A stretch of DNA of 54,007 nucleotides, the filler included, from Basidiobolus ranarum (taxonomy: Eukaryota): assembly GCA_040143965.1 (NCBI GenBank). It is 3 parts of 3 records of this genome, joined end to end, with 100 filler letters (N's around TTAATTAATTAA, not from the genome) between each part and the next. Parts side by side here need not be neighbours in the genome. Positions count along the whole stretch, not along the records: positions 36,093 to 54,007 come from JASJQH010007164.1; 2 more parts are not named here. One strand, 5' to 3'. The position numbers were made by a program, and so were the translations under genes. The notes beneath the pieces are model-generated. The model was given only the letters and a program-made list of their open reading frames with translations. It ran no database searches and was not told the DNA's origin. Each line of letters starts with the position of its first letter. Within the stretch, counting starts at the first letter, position 1. This document shows positions 38,870 through 50,467 of the stretch, one piece after another.

Positions 38870-39219
38870 CTTAATATGTAGTTGTGTTTTTAGTCAATAT
38901 ATCTTGCCTATGCATCGTTATTAATTGTGTAATCACTTTCACGAGTCCCTGATACGACTCTTACACGTCCAGCTATGGAATTTCTTTTACCTGACTGACC
39001 ATGTTCGCTCAATTCAGCCTTTTTTCCCTTTACGCTCATACTGTATTTTCCTAAATTCGGTATAGGTAAATTTGTCAAAATGTCGCAAGCTAAAAATAAA
39101 AAAGAATAGTCCAAAAAAAACTACTTCGGCCTATTAAGTCAGTTGTGTAACCAGATCAAAGATTGTTTTTTACACAAACACATAGACGTGCATAGTTTTA
39201 TTGAGAGCTAATTACAAAC

Positions 39220-39726
39220 TTATATGCCCCATTTACCAGCTAATTCCTTTTGACCTTCATCAGTGAACAGCTTCTGCGCCGCGGGAATGCCTGCTAGAAA
39301 AATAAAAGGATATCTTATATGGAACCACCAGGGATATTCGACTGAGCCAAAGTACTGATAATGGTGATCGAGGTTGAAGCAAAGAAAGTTGCACGTTCCT
39401 AACACTAAGAAATGGAGTATGGTGGAAAAGATGATAGCTTCACGGCCATAATATCTGTCAGTAAGGAAGTAAACAGTAAGGCCACCCATAGCGCCACCCA
39501 TGCCAATTGGACAAAGTACCATTGTCCAGATGAGTTTGGTAATAATGTCGCGCCATCCGGAGATAAAGACGATACTGACAAACAGAAAAAGCGCTTCAGC
39601 CATATAAGAGTTGACCGTGTATAAGATAAAGGGACGCAGGTATATTTGTCGTCGCTTTAAAGCCTCTTCCTTGGATACTTCCGCAGGAACGATAACGTTA
39701 TAGTCAATGTTGATAGTAGAAGACAT
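39220..39726 (-). CDS. Uncharacterised multi-TM membrane protein, intronless
   Basis: 168-aa ORF with about four TMs and motifs CPIGMGGAMGGL, CNFLCFNLD, PWWFHIRYP. Confidence 0.8.
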   Translation of the reverse strand: MSSTINIDYNVIVPAEVSKEEALKRRQIYLRPFILYTVNSYMAEALFLFVSIVFISGWRDIITKLIWTMVLCPIGMGGAMGGLTVYFLTDRYYGREAIIFSTILHFLVLGTCNFLCFNLDHHYQYFGSVEYPWWFHIRYPFIFLAGIPAAQKLFTDEGQKELAGKWGI

Positions 39727-40414
39727 ATTACAGACTTGTCTAACAACGGTAGTGAATAAATATCAATAACAACAGTTCTTTCGCTTTTATTACTTTGTTC
39801 ACGGCAAAATACAAATGGATATTATGTAATGACTTTTATAATCATCCCATTAGTCGGATAGTAAATATGCAATTCTCCGCCAGCCACATCCCAGAGTTAA
39901 GGCGAAAGTTTTGTAAAAAGCTCAGATGAAACATTGACGGCGTGATTTTCAGCTGATCCATTCCATTTGAGTGAATTCTAATCATATATCGTGTGATGAG
40001 GATGACCACACAATAAAATTACTAAAGAAGCAGCACAAAGAGGAACCAAGTCGTTGTTGACACTGTAAAAAGAGGAACAGAGCAATTGTTTTCACTTTTA
40101 TGTCAAGTAACTTCTTTAAAAATCCTAGAACTCAGAGAAGTATATTCTTGCTTATATCATCATATTTACTAGTAAGTCATGGGCTGATTCGAGTCAGTTG
40201 TCGCTGAAACCTCAGTCAAACTTGGTCTAATTCCAAACATAACGTATTATGTCTCTGTGGCATTTGGTTACTATCAATGAGCGGATTTCGAATAGTGGCC
40301 ACTGAATTAATTATTTTTACTTAGTGAAATGATTAAGTTTGGTTAATGTTGATTAAAAGGTAGTTTTGTGTGTGCAGAGTTGATTATGTTGTTGCTGAAA
40401 GGTGATGTAGTAAC

Positions 40415-40743
40415 TGTTAAAGTATTTGGGAGCCTGTTGGAAGTGGCTTGGAGAATTAGAGAAATTGGTGGTTTTCACTTATTGATTTATTGAGTATTCA
40501 GTTGATATTTATAGTTTTGTCAAGATGTAAACAAACTAACATGTAGAATATGTTAAGGAAGGTCCCAGGAGCATGTGTGCAAAGTTTGGGGCTTCTAGCA
40601 CAAGTTATCAAAATCCATATATCTTCAAACTTCTAAGTAAATTCCTCATGAGAGTAATGGGTAATATCTTAGTTCAATATAAGATAACTAAATACTAAAC
40701 TATATATGACTATATAGATGTTTAGGCAATGCTAATTTCAACA
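40415..40743 (+). mobile_element. Dispersed repeat copy 2; 329-bp TGTT...AACA unit, solo-LTR-like
   Basis: Flanked by GTAAC on both sides (40410-40414, 40744-40748). Confidence 0.8.
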
Positions 40744-41135
40744 GTAACAGTGCTGGATTTTGTTCATACTACTAATTACTATGGTACATCAGAAAGTAAG
40801 ATGTAAGTACCACAATCATACAGAGAATAAAGGCATGATGCTAACAGCCACAGAATTTATATCAAATTCATGATGAGCAAGCATATGAAGAGAGATGACT
40901 ATCACAGTAAGGTTACAACTTAATGAAGAATCTGAAAGTATCCACACCCAACCAGAAATTGAGTAAACAGTAGGGATTACTGACACAGTTAATGATGCAC
41001 TCAACTTCAAAGGTTAATTATTGATTTTTATATAGTGTACTAATAACTATTTAACTAACAATAGTTATGGTAGCTCCATAGAATTCTTTTTAAGGAAGTA
41101 AAGTATTTATTCTTCAGATTTGGTACATCACGAAT

Positions 41136-41464
41136 TGTTGAAATTAGCATCGCCTAAACATCTATATTGTCATATATAGTTTAGTATTTAGTTATCTTAT
41201 ATTGAACTAAGATATTACCCATTACTCTCATGAGGAATTTACTTAGAAGTTTGAAGATATATGGATTTTGATAACTTGTGCTAGAAGCCCCAAACTTTGC
41301 ACACATGTTTCTGGGACCTTCCTTAGCACATTATACATGTCAATTTGCTTACATCTTAACAAAAGTATAAATGTCAGCTTTCAACTCAATAAAACAATAT
41401 GTGAAAACCACCAACTTCTCTATTTCTCTAAACTACGTCCAACAGGATCGCAAATACTTTAACA
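41136..41464 (-). mobile_element. Dispersed repeat copy 3, inverted
   Basis: Reverse complement of copy 2 over 329 bp; flanks CGAAT / AGAAT. Confidence 0.85.
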
Positions 41465-42474
41465 AGAATATCTCACCTATATTGCAACTAACAGTATTCA
41501 TTCTGCATGCTGAAAAACTATGGAGAAATCGTTAAAAAAGAAGAAAACTTGGAGCTTTATCATGCAAATCCAAGTAATTTTATCTGCTATTTCACGCTGG
41601 ATAAATCATCTAACCCATCTACACTTAATGAACCACTTAATTGTATCTAGTTGAACCCTTATTATGATTTCATCTAAAACTGGTTAGATCTGAATCCCTT
41701 TGAGCCCATATTATTCATCAATGTACAGATATTCTGACCCTTCCGCAAAGATAATTCTTTGTCCATTATTGAACAGCTGCGACTGTAGCATATATAAAGT
41801 TACATCGATTCCGGAGAATTTTTTACTATCCCTCCTTCTAGTCGCTCTGCTTTTATCTCAGTCTGTTTTGTCCCTGCATTGATATTATCTTTGTTGCTGT
41901 TCAACACCGTTTTTGTATCTCTCAATTGAGCCATTAAGATCCTGTCTTACATAACTCATAATTTCTTGACCACACTGAACCTCTCCCTAATTATGTATCA
42001 CCGGTGTCCCAAGAAGCATTGCCGATTCATATGTGTAATCACAGTGAATAAATTAGTATCTCTTCTTTTTCTTGCTCTGTTAGTGTCACTATGATGTTGA
42101 AATGTTTGATAGTTATTACTTACCTTGTTGCCACAATATATGGGCATGTCAATGGCACATTTTGTCAGGTAAGTTATATCACTCAATTTACCCACATCTT
42201 GTTGACAATATTTTGCTTGGATACTATTGATGGAGTAATGCTCTTAACTCTGACATCAGCTTAAGTTTGCTCCTGTTTATTGGAAAAGATGAACTAATTC
42301 CCAACTCTTCGTATGGATATGAATTAATAAAACCAACTAATTGAAGCGAGTTACTTCCAATTTATTCCCACAAAGTGGATGTATCATAATGTTATCGTTA
42401 CCAAAGCTTCATTACATGTATGGAACTTCAGCATAAATCTAGGGAATATGGCTACTATAAGCCAAATCAATCTA

Positions 42475-42680
42475 TCAAATTTCACAATATTTACAGTCCT
42501 CTTATTTACAAATGGTTAGTGTTGGTAACTTTGATGGTCACTATTGCTCTTGCCGTTCCATTTCTGGGGCTCAAGCATCAGAGGTCGCCAATCGCTACAT
42601 TGTAAAGATTGAAAATACTGCTGATACAAACAAAGGTATTCTATTCACGTGGATTAACTACAAATTCACCTACCAACATC
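42475..42680 (+). pseudogene. Possible remnant of a secreted subtilisin signal peptide and I9 propeptide
   Basis: Hydrophobic LVLVTLMVTIALAVP in one frame, then after a frameshift SEVANRYIVKIEN, resembling the propeptide YIVKxK motif. Confidence 0.3.
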
Positions 42681-44046
42681 TACCATCTTGTAACGCTAGA
42701 CTTGGTCTCGTAATTCGGAAGCAATAAGGGACAACTATAGTACCTAACATAATGTCACCTTGGAATACTATTGTTACATCAGATACAGTGAGAGACCTTA
42801 TTTCAATCCGAATAGTACCACTGAGGTCGAAGTAAAAGCTCCCCCAATTGAAGCTTTGTTAGAGCAGCTAAAATCCAATCAGTCAACGCAAAAAGTAGCT
42901 CTACATAGTTTGAATGAGTCTATGGAATTTTCAACTGCAACTATTCTAATATCTAATAAATTGATGCTATTACAAAGCTTAACTAATTTAGAGTTACAAA
43001 GTGATAACATTCAGTATATATGTAAACAGGCATGGCGGCAAAGAGCAGAATATTACTCAATGTACAGCAATACACGATTATATAGTTGTACTTGCTAGCC
43101 CTTTACCTAGTTTTACCATAACATGATTCTTAGGTAAATTCAGCATTTGCATGATTTTTCAAGGCCTCCAAAATATACAGTCTACTACTTGTGTTTAATT
43201 ACGAACACTGCTCTAGATTAAGATTCCAATCTGTTTCACCTACTACTAATTAGGTATAACAAAGTAAACTAAATGATATGAGTTGTCTAATTTAGTCTCA
43301 AGTTTAGCTATCCTGACATCCGAAACTTGTTCGCACTCAGTTTACAACCCTAATTTGGTAGTTTTACGATGACCCAGTTTGGTGGAGAATAAATAAAATC
43401 CTAAGCAGCTGCTAATAACAACTCAACATCACATATAATTCACTATGTTTTGAATGTTATCTACAGGATTAACTATTAATGCATGCAATACACTAGGCCT
43501 AAGAAACAACCAAAATTTAACAAAAAAGGGCGGTTTTATAGCGTATGCAGTAATAGGCAATCTATGTTAACGTTATACAAGAGTTTCCATGATATTTTTT
43601 CTATAATTGGAGATCAGTTCCATCCGCAGCTTTCCCGACTCAACATGAATTGTGTTTGTATTACCGAAACGACAAGTGATTTTCTAAAGGGTGAACGGTT
43701 TGCTATACTACCAACTTTTATGCCATTAGTGCCAAAATTACGCCATACAATTAGTAATCTCCATTTTCAGCGGGGTTAATCGTGATGGAACCTTGGTTGT
43801 TGATTGGAGCAGTCTTTGACAATAAATAATTAAACAAATCAATCGATGTTGCATTCCTCAGCATGCATGAATTCGAAGCCCAAATGGACGATTAAAGTAA
43901 TGGTTTTTTTACTACATGGAAGGTTGTTTTGTTTCATTTGCTAGGTATACCGCTTGCTTAGTCATAGAAGACAACTGGACAAAAGTATAAAAGCATAGAT
44001 TACAATACATATAAGTAGAAAACTGACCAAAGTGAGCACTCATAAG

Positions 44047-45157
44047 ATGTCTGAACTATCACAATTTACTACTGGAAACCTGTTTGATGTGGCTGGACGA
44101 GTTGGCTTGATTACTGGAGGTGGCACTGGGTAAGTGCACACTTGATTCAAATCAAATGGTTTATCACTAACACCGGTCGTAGCATTGGACTTATGATCAC
44201 AAAGGCGCTTGTAGCTAATGGAGCTAAAGTGTACATTGCGAGTCGTCGTCTAGAGGTAATTGAAGCGATTGCCGCTGAGCTGACAAAAATCGGACCTGGT
44301 ACATGTAAGGCTATCCAAGCGGACCTTTCATCTAAACAAGCTTGTGAGAATCTAGCTCATACAATTGCTGAGCATGAGCAACATCTGGATTTTTTGATTA
44401 ATAACTCTGGAGTGGCATACCATGCACCTCTCGAGCAGTTTCCTGATGAATACTGGAATCAAGAATATAGACTCAATGTCACATCTGTGTTCCAGCTGAC
44501 GATCGCGTGAGTACATTATCTAAATGTGCGTGGATATCAGATCTGCTTCAATGCTGACGTTCACCTTTCAATTTAGATGTCTGCCTCTACTTGAAGCATC
44601 CCAGCGTCAGAGTACGGATCCAGCAAGAGTGATAAATATGGGATCCATTGCAGGTTAGTTTCTCCAGATTGAATCTTATATGGAAAGGGCTTATTCCAAT
44701 CTGTTGCTTAGGTGTTGTCCATAACCCCAGTTTTGATGCATACTCCTACCAAAGCTCAAAAGCCGCTGTACTTCATTTATCTTCTGTATTGTCTTCCCAT
44801 TTGGCGGGTAGAAATATCAATGTAGTAAGCGTTGCTCCTGGACTCTTCCCAAGGTTTGCTCTTATATGCAATGGTCTAATGCCATTTTTTTGATGTGTAC
44901 TAATATAATTGCTCCCTTAGTGATATGGGTAATGAGTTTATAGATGAAAAGTCTGAAATTATAAAATCTATTCCTCAAGGTAAGACCACACTTTTATTAT
45001 CTCTGAAACTATCTGGTGTTTACTCATTGTCTCTATAGGTCGTATCGGGAATGAAACTGATATGGGCGGCTTAGCATTGTTTTTGTGTTCGAAAGCATCA
45101 GCATTTATCAACGGCTCCACTATTACTATTGACGGTGGTAGTACGTTGTGGATGTAG
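44047..45157 (+). CDS. Classical short-chain dehydrogenase/reductase (RhlG-like); multi-exon
   Basis: Spliced ITGGGTGIG, LINNSG, RVINMGS, YSYQSSKAA (YxxxK), VAPGLFP, ITIDGG. Confidence 0.9.
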
Positions 45158-46827
45158 TTGCACTTGGCGAGAAATCCCGCAACATTATCTTTCATTCTAT
45201 ACCTGCATTGAACTATACTTTGAATTGTAGTTAGTATAGCTCTTTTTAGAGTAACTCTTCCAGAGCCAGATATAGTACAATATACAAAGCAGCCTTTTGG
45301 GCTTAATAAATGGTTTTTTCTACCAGGAGCAAATGTGTTACTGCTACATATATAAGTTGGAGGAATCGTGGAAGTCAACCAAATATAGGTCCAATAATCA
45401 AGGCTTTCCCGCCCTTTGAAAAGTGCTGCTTTGCTTAGGAGGGATGAAAAGTGTCAAGTGATAAGACCTTGATTTAAACAAAACCAATAATCTAAATAAA
45501 GTGACATTTTAGGATAAGAATTTCCTAACAAGTTATGATAAAATGGAATCACAACCATACCTGATATGTTTAGCAATATCATCTATTTCTGAAACTGTAA
45601 AGATAGTGTTGAGTGGGAAAAGTGGTAAGCATAGTGGGACAAAAGTAGGATACTAGATCTAGCTTTTCTGTTTAGTTCATTTGCAAAAGCAAATCATCCA
45701 TTAAAGGACTTTAAAGTAGATATCAATATTAAGCATTCTGATGGTAGAGGTAGTGGTACAGTTCTTGCGAATCACAGAATGAGCCCCCGGAGTGTGTGGA
45801 GTTCTACAGACATGCGTGCAGTGAAAAATTCCTTGTTACATTAACTTTCGTTCCAGTCAGTAAGGAAGCCATGTTTAAAGATTGTGTGAAGAAGATGTAG
45901 AAATTCACCACCATCTTAAGCCAACCAGACAATAAGTTAGAAAAGCGTGATGCATCTGATGGAACCGATACGCTCGTCGATTCTTATGATTGTTTGGACA
46001 TAATTATTAAGGCCTGGAAAAAAGTTATGAGATCTGTGGAGTCACCAAACAGAAATATGGGAAGGATATTTGTGACTGTCACAAAGGGCATTGCTGGAGA
46101 AGAGGAAGTACCGAAGTAAATACGAATACTGCTCAGAAATGTTGATTAACATTGTTGCAAGTGCCATGGCGGTATCATAGCATAGATGCACCAAGGGTCA
46201 AGGCTGCGGCTTTAAAACTACTTCCTACGTTAAGAATGATTATATCTCTTGCTTAAATACTCTTAGAAATCTATACTCAACTCATATCAGAAGAATAGTT
46301 GTGTAAAGTTGTAGCAAATATTTAACAAGATCTATTTAGACTTCCGGGGATATACTCTTATTGTTAGTCAAACTATCATGTAAACATCCAACAGGGTGAG
46401 GGGCATCTCACTTCGTGAATACACAAGAAAGTAGTTTTTTTCCTGGTCGATGAAGTAGGAAAGAGAGTTTAAGTTCGCATTGATGCTTTTACGAATCTAA
46501 GCATTTTTTGGATATATATAAATGATTTCTGTATGCCGAATCAGATTAATAATACTATTATACCATTCAATTGATTACCATAAAATCTGATCTTAATCAT
46601 CATTCCCAGATCTATGGTTTCATTTTTACAAGTTTCTTAATCGTACACTATAAGAATATGATTCCACCCAACACTACTGTGGATAAATGCCTAAAATCAT
46701 CATTAGAGAGAACCAACGCAAATGAGTAGAACATCAAATAACTGCTAACAGAGTGCTTCTTTATTAATAACCCTATGAGGTACTCATAAACGAGTAAATA
46801 GGGTTTAACTTATCAGATATAATGCAC

Positions 46828-47526
46828 CTACTGGGATTTGGCAGAGTAAGAAATCGTCAGATTGTTGTAGTCAGGGATATACTTGGCAAAGAGCGCACCG
46901 AGGCTACCATCAGCAAAGTTTCTCCAGTCACGAGCCAACTCACACACAGTAGAGAAGAAGTTCATGGGTTGAATACCGGCTTGGACCATTCGTGCTAAAG
47001 AGAAATCACGAACCCTTTGGTTGAATGTTCCGGATGCATCGAGTACAGTGAACACCTCGTAGCTTTCCTGCACTGCTGAAAGAGCAGGGAAGGTAACACA
47101 GACATCTGTCACTATGCCTGCCATCACAATTTGCTTTCTACCTGTTGCCTTGATCGTCTTGACTACATCAGCATTATCCCAAGCATTGATTTCTCCCTTG
47201 CGTGGGACATAGACTGGATTCTTGAGGAGACTCCTCACTTCAAGGATCAAAGGTCCGTTAAGTCCTTCTTCGATACTGGAGGTGAGTACTACTGAAATGT
47301 CCAATAAAGCAGATGCTTCAGCTAATTCCAAAACATTCGCCTTGAACTCACTCGATTGCCAGTCATCTACTAAAGAAAATGGGCCGGCTTGATGGTCAAG
47401 CATCAAAAATACGGTATCATTGATATTCAATCTCTTGTACAGATCTGTAGTTGTTCTGGAGCTAAGAGCGGAAGCGGTGGCAGAGAAAGCTAGAAATATT
47501 GCTTGGACGACTGTAAAGAATTTCAT
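46828..47526 (-). CDS. YcaC-type isochorismatase-family cysteine hydrolase with N-terminal signal peptide
   Basis: LDHQAG, NGPL, GEINAWDN, ATGRKQIVMAGIVTDVCVTFPALSA, DASGTFN, CELARDWRN; leader MKFFTVVQAIFLAFSATASA. Confidence 0.9.
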   Translation of the reverse strand: MKFFTVVQAIFLAFSATASALSSRTTTDLYKRLNINDTVFLMLDHQAGPFSLVDDWQSSEFKANVLELAEASALLDISVVLTSSIEEGLNGPLILEVRSLLKNPVYVPRKGEINAWDNADVVKTIKATGRKQIVMAGIVTDVCVTFPALSAVQESYEVFTVLDASGTFNQRVRDFSLARMVQAGIQPMNFFSTVCELARDWRNFADGSLGALFAKYIPDYNNLTISYSAKSQ

Positions 47527-48549
47527 GGTTAAATGAGAAAGTTGAATCTAAACGAGGGAAACAGATAACGATTAAATAGACGGAGCATTACAGCTACCAA
47601 CAACTCCAAGATACCTTCGGACAAATGTCCTTATGTTAGTAAGACTACCAAAGTAAAGTATTAGTCAAAGAAGCGATGCTGTTACACGAACGGATTAATG
47701 CACAAATTTAGCATAATAGTTGAGTGGTATAATAACTATAAGAGTAAATAGCGAATTAGTCTAGACTGTTAGATATTTGGCGTATGCTATAGATATGTTT
47801 AAGTACAGTATCGTAATATACATGATTTGCTTGTTGCGGATCTTGATTGCTATCTCAATTTTATACTTGTTACTGAATTGTTTTGTAGTACCCCATAAGT
47901 GTTTATTTTCTGTCAGTATAACTGAATTACATAAAGCTGATTCCTGGTCCAGGAACTTTGAATGGACCGTTCTATAAAAGAGTTGGACCGAACTTATTTC
48001 CTATGGATACTGGCTGGTGAAGTATGGTCCGACTTTCAGAACGTGACACTCTTTGTACGGCTACTTAACGTCTGACACACTTTGACACTTACTGTTTATG
48101 ATAGTACTAATAGAACGTATAGTAGTAAAGGCCGTACAAGGTTCAAGGTGTGCATGTTTGGCTGATGTTTTGTGAAAGAGCAAATTTTTGACCATATTTT
48201 CAATCCGATCGTATTTCTTGTATCTCTTGTTTAGTCTTGGATTAGAGCTACTGTTCTGAGGAATATATAATATAATATTGTAACAGCCATCTGTAGCTGC
48301 CATCTATATGGTACGAGTGGATTGGTTCAAAATCTTTTCATATATATTTCTAATCCACAGAAATTATTTATAGATTTATAACCCCATTCAATTGTAAAGG
48401 TTTACCAATGGAAATCAACTTTTGGCTTTTATATGGCGCATTACAGCTGCAGATGATATTTGGTATGGTCTCAAGGATTCTCATTTCCTGACCCAGAATA
48501 TTACTACATTATAATCAACACCGACACATTCATTGCATCGCTGGTAACC

Positions 48550-48605
48550 TCTGAGTTCTAAACTGCCAATATATTAGCATCTGAGTTCAAAACTGCCAAT
48601 GTATT
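48550..48605. repeat. 30-bp tandem duplication
   Basis: TCTGAGTTCWAAACTGCCAATRTATT twice. Confidence 0.8.
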
Positions 48606-48939
48606 TTTAGATGGCATTTTTTTCTTCTTTCATCATCTATTTATGGGACTTTGTAGTGTGCCTAGCTATCAACGCTCATTTCAAATAGGAAATAATATGA
48701 TCTTTCTAAGCTAGTTACGTGCTTTGTACGCAACATTGACCGCCTCAGCGCCAGCACACTTTGTGTTACCTTCGCATTACTCGAACTATCTGCTGTTACC
48801 AACGGATTTATAGCCACTTTGCCATTTCAATGATCTCATAGACACTACTAGTTCCTTGAGTTGGGTAGTTCTCTCCAAAATCTTCTTCCTTATAAACACC
48901 AATCTCCCTCAACACTTCTCAGGCAATTCTCACTTGATT

Positions 48940-50253
48940 ATGAAATCAGTCTTTCCTATACTAGTCACCTTGTTTGTGGCAGCATCTATCGAGGCTGCCC
49001 CTAGCTATGGTCGTTGCGGCTCTGGATTGGGCTCTTGTTCACCTGACCTATGCTGTAGTAAGTGGGGTTATTGTGGTTCCAGTGCCGATTATTGTGCCGC
49101 AGGTTGTCAGAGTAGTTTCGGTAACTGCAAAGGGACCCAAGAGACAGCTACCTCGGAAATCACCCCAACCTCGACTCCTTTGAAGAAACTTAACGAGCAA
49201 TGTGGTTCTGGGTTCGGCTCATGTGCATCAGGCTTGTGCTGCAGTGAATGGGGCTGGTGTGGTTACTCATCCGATCATTGCACTGGTGGATGCCAAAAAC
49301 AATTTGGACAATGTAATGACGACAAGCCTACAACCACTTCAACCGTTATCCCAACCCCAGGAGCCTTGAGATACCTCGATGAAACATGTGGATCAGGATA
49401 CGGCTCTTGTGCACCAGGCTTGTGCTGTAGTCAATGGGGGCATTGCGGTTACACATCCGATCATTGTGCTGCTGGTTGCCAGAAAAAATTTGGTGGTTGC
49501 GATTACAAAAAGGAAGTCAAGGTCGTCACTAAATGCACTGCTCCGAAAACTTTCGCAATTACCTTCGATGATGGGCCAAGTGTATTGACTTCGGGGTTGC
49601 TGGATTATCTAGATAGAGTCAATGTCAAGGCCACTTTCTTCGTTAACGGACATAACGAAAAGAACGCAGATACCGGAAACCCCACTTTAAGCATCTACGA
49701 CTTGGCTGACGTTGTTAGGCGTGCGTACAATTCTGGTCATCAAATCTGTTCTCACACCTGGGCTCACACTGATATCATTACAGTGAGTGAATCGAGGGTT
49801 GTCTATGAAATGACCAAATTAAATCATGCCTTTTCGAAGATCCTCGGAAAAGTGCCTACTTGTATGCGACCTCCCTATGGCGATACTGATGGTCCATCAC
49901 GCAAGATCCTCCAAAAGATGGGCTATACCGTTGTTACATGGAGTGTTGATCCTGTTGATTGGAATCCTGCTAATTCTATAGACGAGATGTACCAGGAGTA
50001 CATCGACCAGACTGGTTCTACAAATCCTCGTGTAGGAAAGTTCATCTCATTGAACCATGATGTTTGGAATACCACAGCCGACTTCAGACCAGAAAATTAT
50101 CCCAAAACCATTCCTCTTGCTCAGCGCGCTATTGAATATCTCCTTAGTAGAGGATGGAAGTTGGTCAACCTTGCGGAATGTTTGGAAAGTGAACCTTTCT
50201 ACCGTGAACCCAATCCTTCTGATAACAGTTGTGGTGATGAAGCGTGCGTCTAG
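48940..50253 (+). CDS. Secreted chitin deacetylase (CE4) with three CBM18 hevein domains
   Basis: Signal peptide from ATG 48940, three CG..C..CCSxWGxCG..HC modules, TFDDGP, HTWAH, RPPYG, DPVDW, LNHD. Confidence 0.95.
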   Translation: MKSVFPILVTLFVAASIEAAPSYGRCGSGLGSCSPDLCCSKWGYCGSSADYCAAGCQSSFGNCKGTQETATSEITPTSTPLKKLNEQCGSGFGSCASGLCCSEWGWCGYSSDHCTGGCQKQFGQCNDDKPTTTSTVIPTPGALRYLDETCGSGYGSCAPGLCCSQWGHCGYTSDHCAAGCQKKFGGCDYKKEVKVVTKCTAPKTFAITFDDGPSVLTSGLLDYLDRVNVKATFFVNGHNEKNADTGNPTLSIYDLADVVRRAYNSGHQICSHTWAHTDIITVSESRVVYEMTKLNHAFSKILGKVPTCMRPPYGDTDGPSRKILQKMGYTVVTWSVDPVDWNPANSIDEMYQEYIDQTGSTNPRVGKFISLNHDVWNTTADFRPENYPKTIPLAQRAIEYLLSRGWKLVNLAECLESEPFYREPNPSDNSCGDEACV

Positions 50254-50467
50254 AGGATTTTATTGACTTCAATAATCTATTAAAATAAATGATATATTCT
50301 TACATCAATCATTCTCCACTAAATAAGGTTTTGAACACATATGACTGGAAACCACAAAAAGACACCTTTGATAGTTCGACGTACGTTAGATGCACAATAC
50401 ACTATAATGATATTTAATCTGATGGTTTGCAGTTTATTCTAAAGTCATTGTGAAATGAGAGGTACAT

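Noticed and set aside
36411-40743. Intact LTR retrotransposon
   Set aside because: No TGG primer-binding site next to either repeat, no gag/pol remnants recognised, no shared outer TSD.
41560-42330. Transposase remnant (CFLGHR resembles a CACTA motif)
   Set aside because: Too short and stop-ridden to assign; no catalytic residues traceable.
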